DNA of 64,000 nucleotides from Cyanophyceae cyanobacterium (GTDB taxonomy: Bacteria; Cyanobacteriota; Cyanobacteriia; Cyanobacteriales; Laspinemataceae). The position numbers and the translations under genes are program-made. Where the stretch lies: the NCBI GenBank assembly GCA_038321985.1, contig JBBQFN010000005.1, forward strand, positions 167,806 through 231,805, read 5' to 3'. Shown one piece after another: positions 62,525 through 64,000 of the stretch; within the stretch, counting starts at the first letter, position 1; the number at the start of each line of letters is the position of its first letter. The notes under the pieces are model-generated. The model did not search any database. It saw only the letters and a program-made list of their open reading frames with translations, and was not told the DNA's origin.

Positions 62525-63870
62525 ACTACCTCCTCAAGGACTTTTTCGGCATCTTTGACGTGGATTTCGCCGGATAGGAATTTAGGGAGCAGGATATCAC
62601 GGATGGAAGTAAGAGTCCCCTCTTGTTCTCTATTGTAGAAAATTTGAGAAAATATTGGCTCTACAATTGATGAAAATTGTTTTTGAATGTTAAGTTCGGC
62701 TATTAACAAAGAAACTCTACGCAATTCGCTTTGTCTAATGCCTTGAACTGTTGTTCCTGTTGCTCTACCTATGATTCTTGCTTGAGTGTCCCTAGAAGCT
62801 AAAGTATGAAATAAATAAGCTGACTGACATTTGGCAGGATTTGCCCGAATTCCATATAACCTCTGACCTAAGCAATAAAGAGTCTGATGAGATAAATATA
62901 AAAGTTCTCCTAAAGGAGCTTCAGAGGTCATTAAAATATCCCCGGCTACCAAAGGATCTTTCATCCACCGTTCATATAAACTGGGCTTTATGTATCTAAT
63001 AGCATCGTTTCTAATTAACCGCCCATTTTTTATACTTTTTGCCGAAAGAACAGGAATTCCATTATTTGACCAATCATCACCAAGCTTTTTAGGTGTTTTC
63101 CCCCGATGATCGATAATTAAGGATGTCGCATCCTCAATAGCACCAACCTTCCACCCCTTCGGAATCTTACCCAAAGGCGAATCCTCGAACTCATCTGGAA
63201 ACAGAGCCGCCGTTTCCGCATCCATGGCTGCGGGTTGTCGTCCGTCCATCTTGGCGCGAACGGGGTCGAAGTCGATAAACCAGGATTTGAAGATGGCACG
63301 GGCGATACCCTCCAGCGTCCGGTTCATCTGCTGGTTCAGTTCGATTTTGTCGTCGAGGGTTCTGAGAATATGGGCGATCGCTTTTTGCTCGTCTAATGGA
63401 GGAAGGGGAAATTGGAGCCTTTCTAAAGTTCCTAAATTAATATTATCCTGAACGCTACCGCTTGCTTGATGTTGAATATATGTGTCGCTTTAAGTGGCGA
63501 AACATATATTCAACAAAATAAACATCGCAACGCGACTCGTCCGCAATAAATCCAATAACGCTATCAGGAAAACAGGTTGGAAATGCTAGAATTCCTATTT
63601 CTGCAATATTGGCAGCAATAGTTATACACATCGTTCCAGCAGGCCACAGCCTACTCTGGGCTAAACCAGCTTCACTATAAGTTTGATGGTAGGTGTTAAT
63701 CCGCCCTCCCGAAGCTTTAATATCCCCTGTCTGGATAAAAGGATATGGCCCACCATAAAGATGTTCAGCATACCGAGGGCGATGTCGAGAACGCCCTCGG
63801 TTTACTTCCCCAAGGTCACTTAACTTAGCTACTTGCCATGTCGTAGGATAAAAATTAAAAGGCTCTTCAG
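62521..63870 (-). pseudogene. hsdS: Type I restriction-modification specificity subunit, frameshifted and lacking a start
   Basis: TRD1 (WQVAKLSDLG..RGRSRHRPR..YPFIQTGD), PPLDEQKAIAHIL..LDDKIELN, LGKIPKGW, TRD2, RD.LLPK.LSGE; frameshift near 63480. Confidence 0.88.
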
Positions 63871-64000
63871 ACTTTTTGGTGATAAGTTTTTCTAATTAGT
63901 TTTGTACTCGCTCCCCAGCCCAGGAACTGAAAGCCTTACAAGTCAAGGCTTCTAGCTCTAAAAGTGACCAAAACGAGTCTCATAAATCCCCAAAATACTA

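Larger units (their letters stand above)
1..64000. repeat. HIP1 octamer GCGATCGC, dispersed
   Basis: Many copies in coding and intergenic DNA (e.g. near 507, 1423, 5125, 23536, 47100). Confidence 0.95.

Noticed and set aside
1..64000. tRNA or rRNA genes
   Set aside because: None recognised by eye; a tRNAscan/Infernal run would be needed to exclude them.

Overview
Chromosomal window from a cyanobacterium: HIP1 octamer GCGATCGC throughout, an fbp-tal-zwf-opcA operon, and nrrA with a canonical NtcA promoter. Gene content suggests a filamentous Oscillatoriales-like organism (inference). Bases 1-29 kb are mostly core genes (OPP operon, cobB, grxC-DCC-tadA, plsC, bolA-grxD, nrrA), plus a TpsB + TPR/CHAT pair, a CAP/RTX protein, a subtilase and a candidate sRNA after cobB. 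Bases 29-64 kb form an IS-scarred accessory region (IS1, IS5 and IS630, all degenerate) with a broken type I restriction-modification system: hsdR and hsdS remnants about 31 kb apart. Its centre (33.3-52.4 kb) is an extracellular contractile injection system (eCIS/tCIS-like) locus: sheath, three tube paralogues, two tail-assembly chaperones with a probable -1 frameshift into a small DUF6760-like ORF, two DUF4255/Pvc16-like genes, an Afp15-type AAA ATPase, and a DUF4157 effector with a pore-former-like C-terminus coupled to a chaperone/immunity-like gene. Embedded in the locus are a histidine kinase/NarL pair, three paralogous SAM methyltransferases and a GxxExxY nuclease bracketed by 9-bp-periodic repeats. 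A shared palindromic box lies upstream of both the structural operon and the effector. Baseplate and spike genes are not in the window. Directly downstream is a DUF928 / CHASE2-cyclase / MBL hydrolase / cNMP-binding MscS module. All family calls come from motif recognition by eye; no database search was run.
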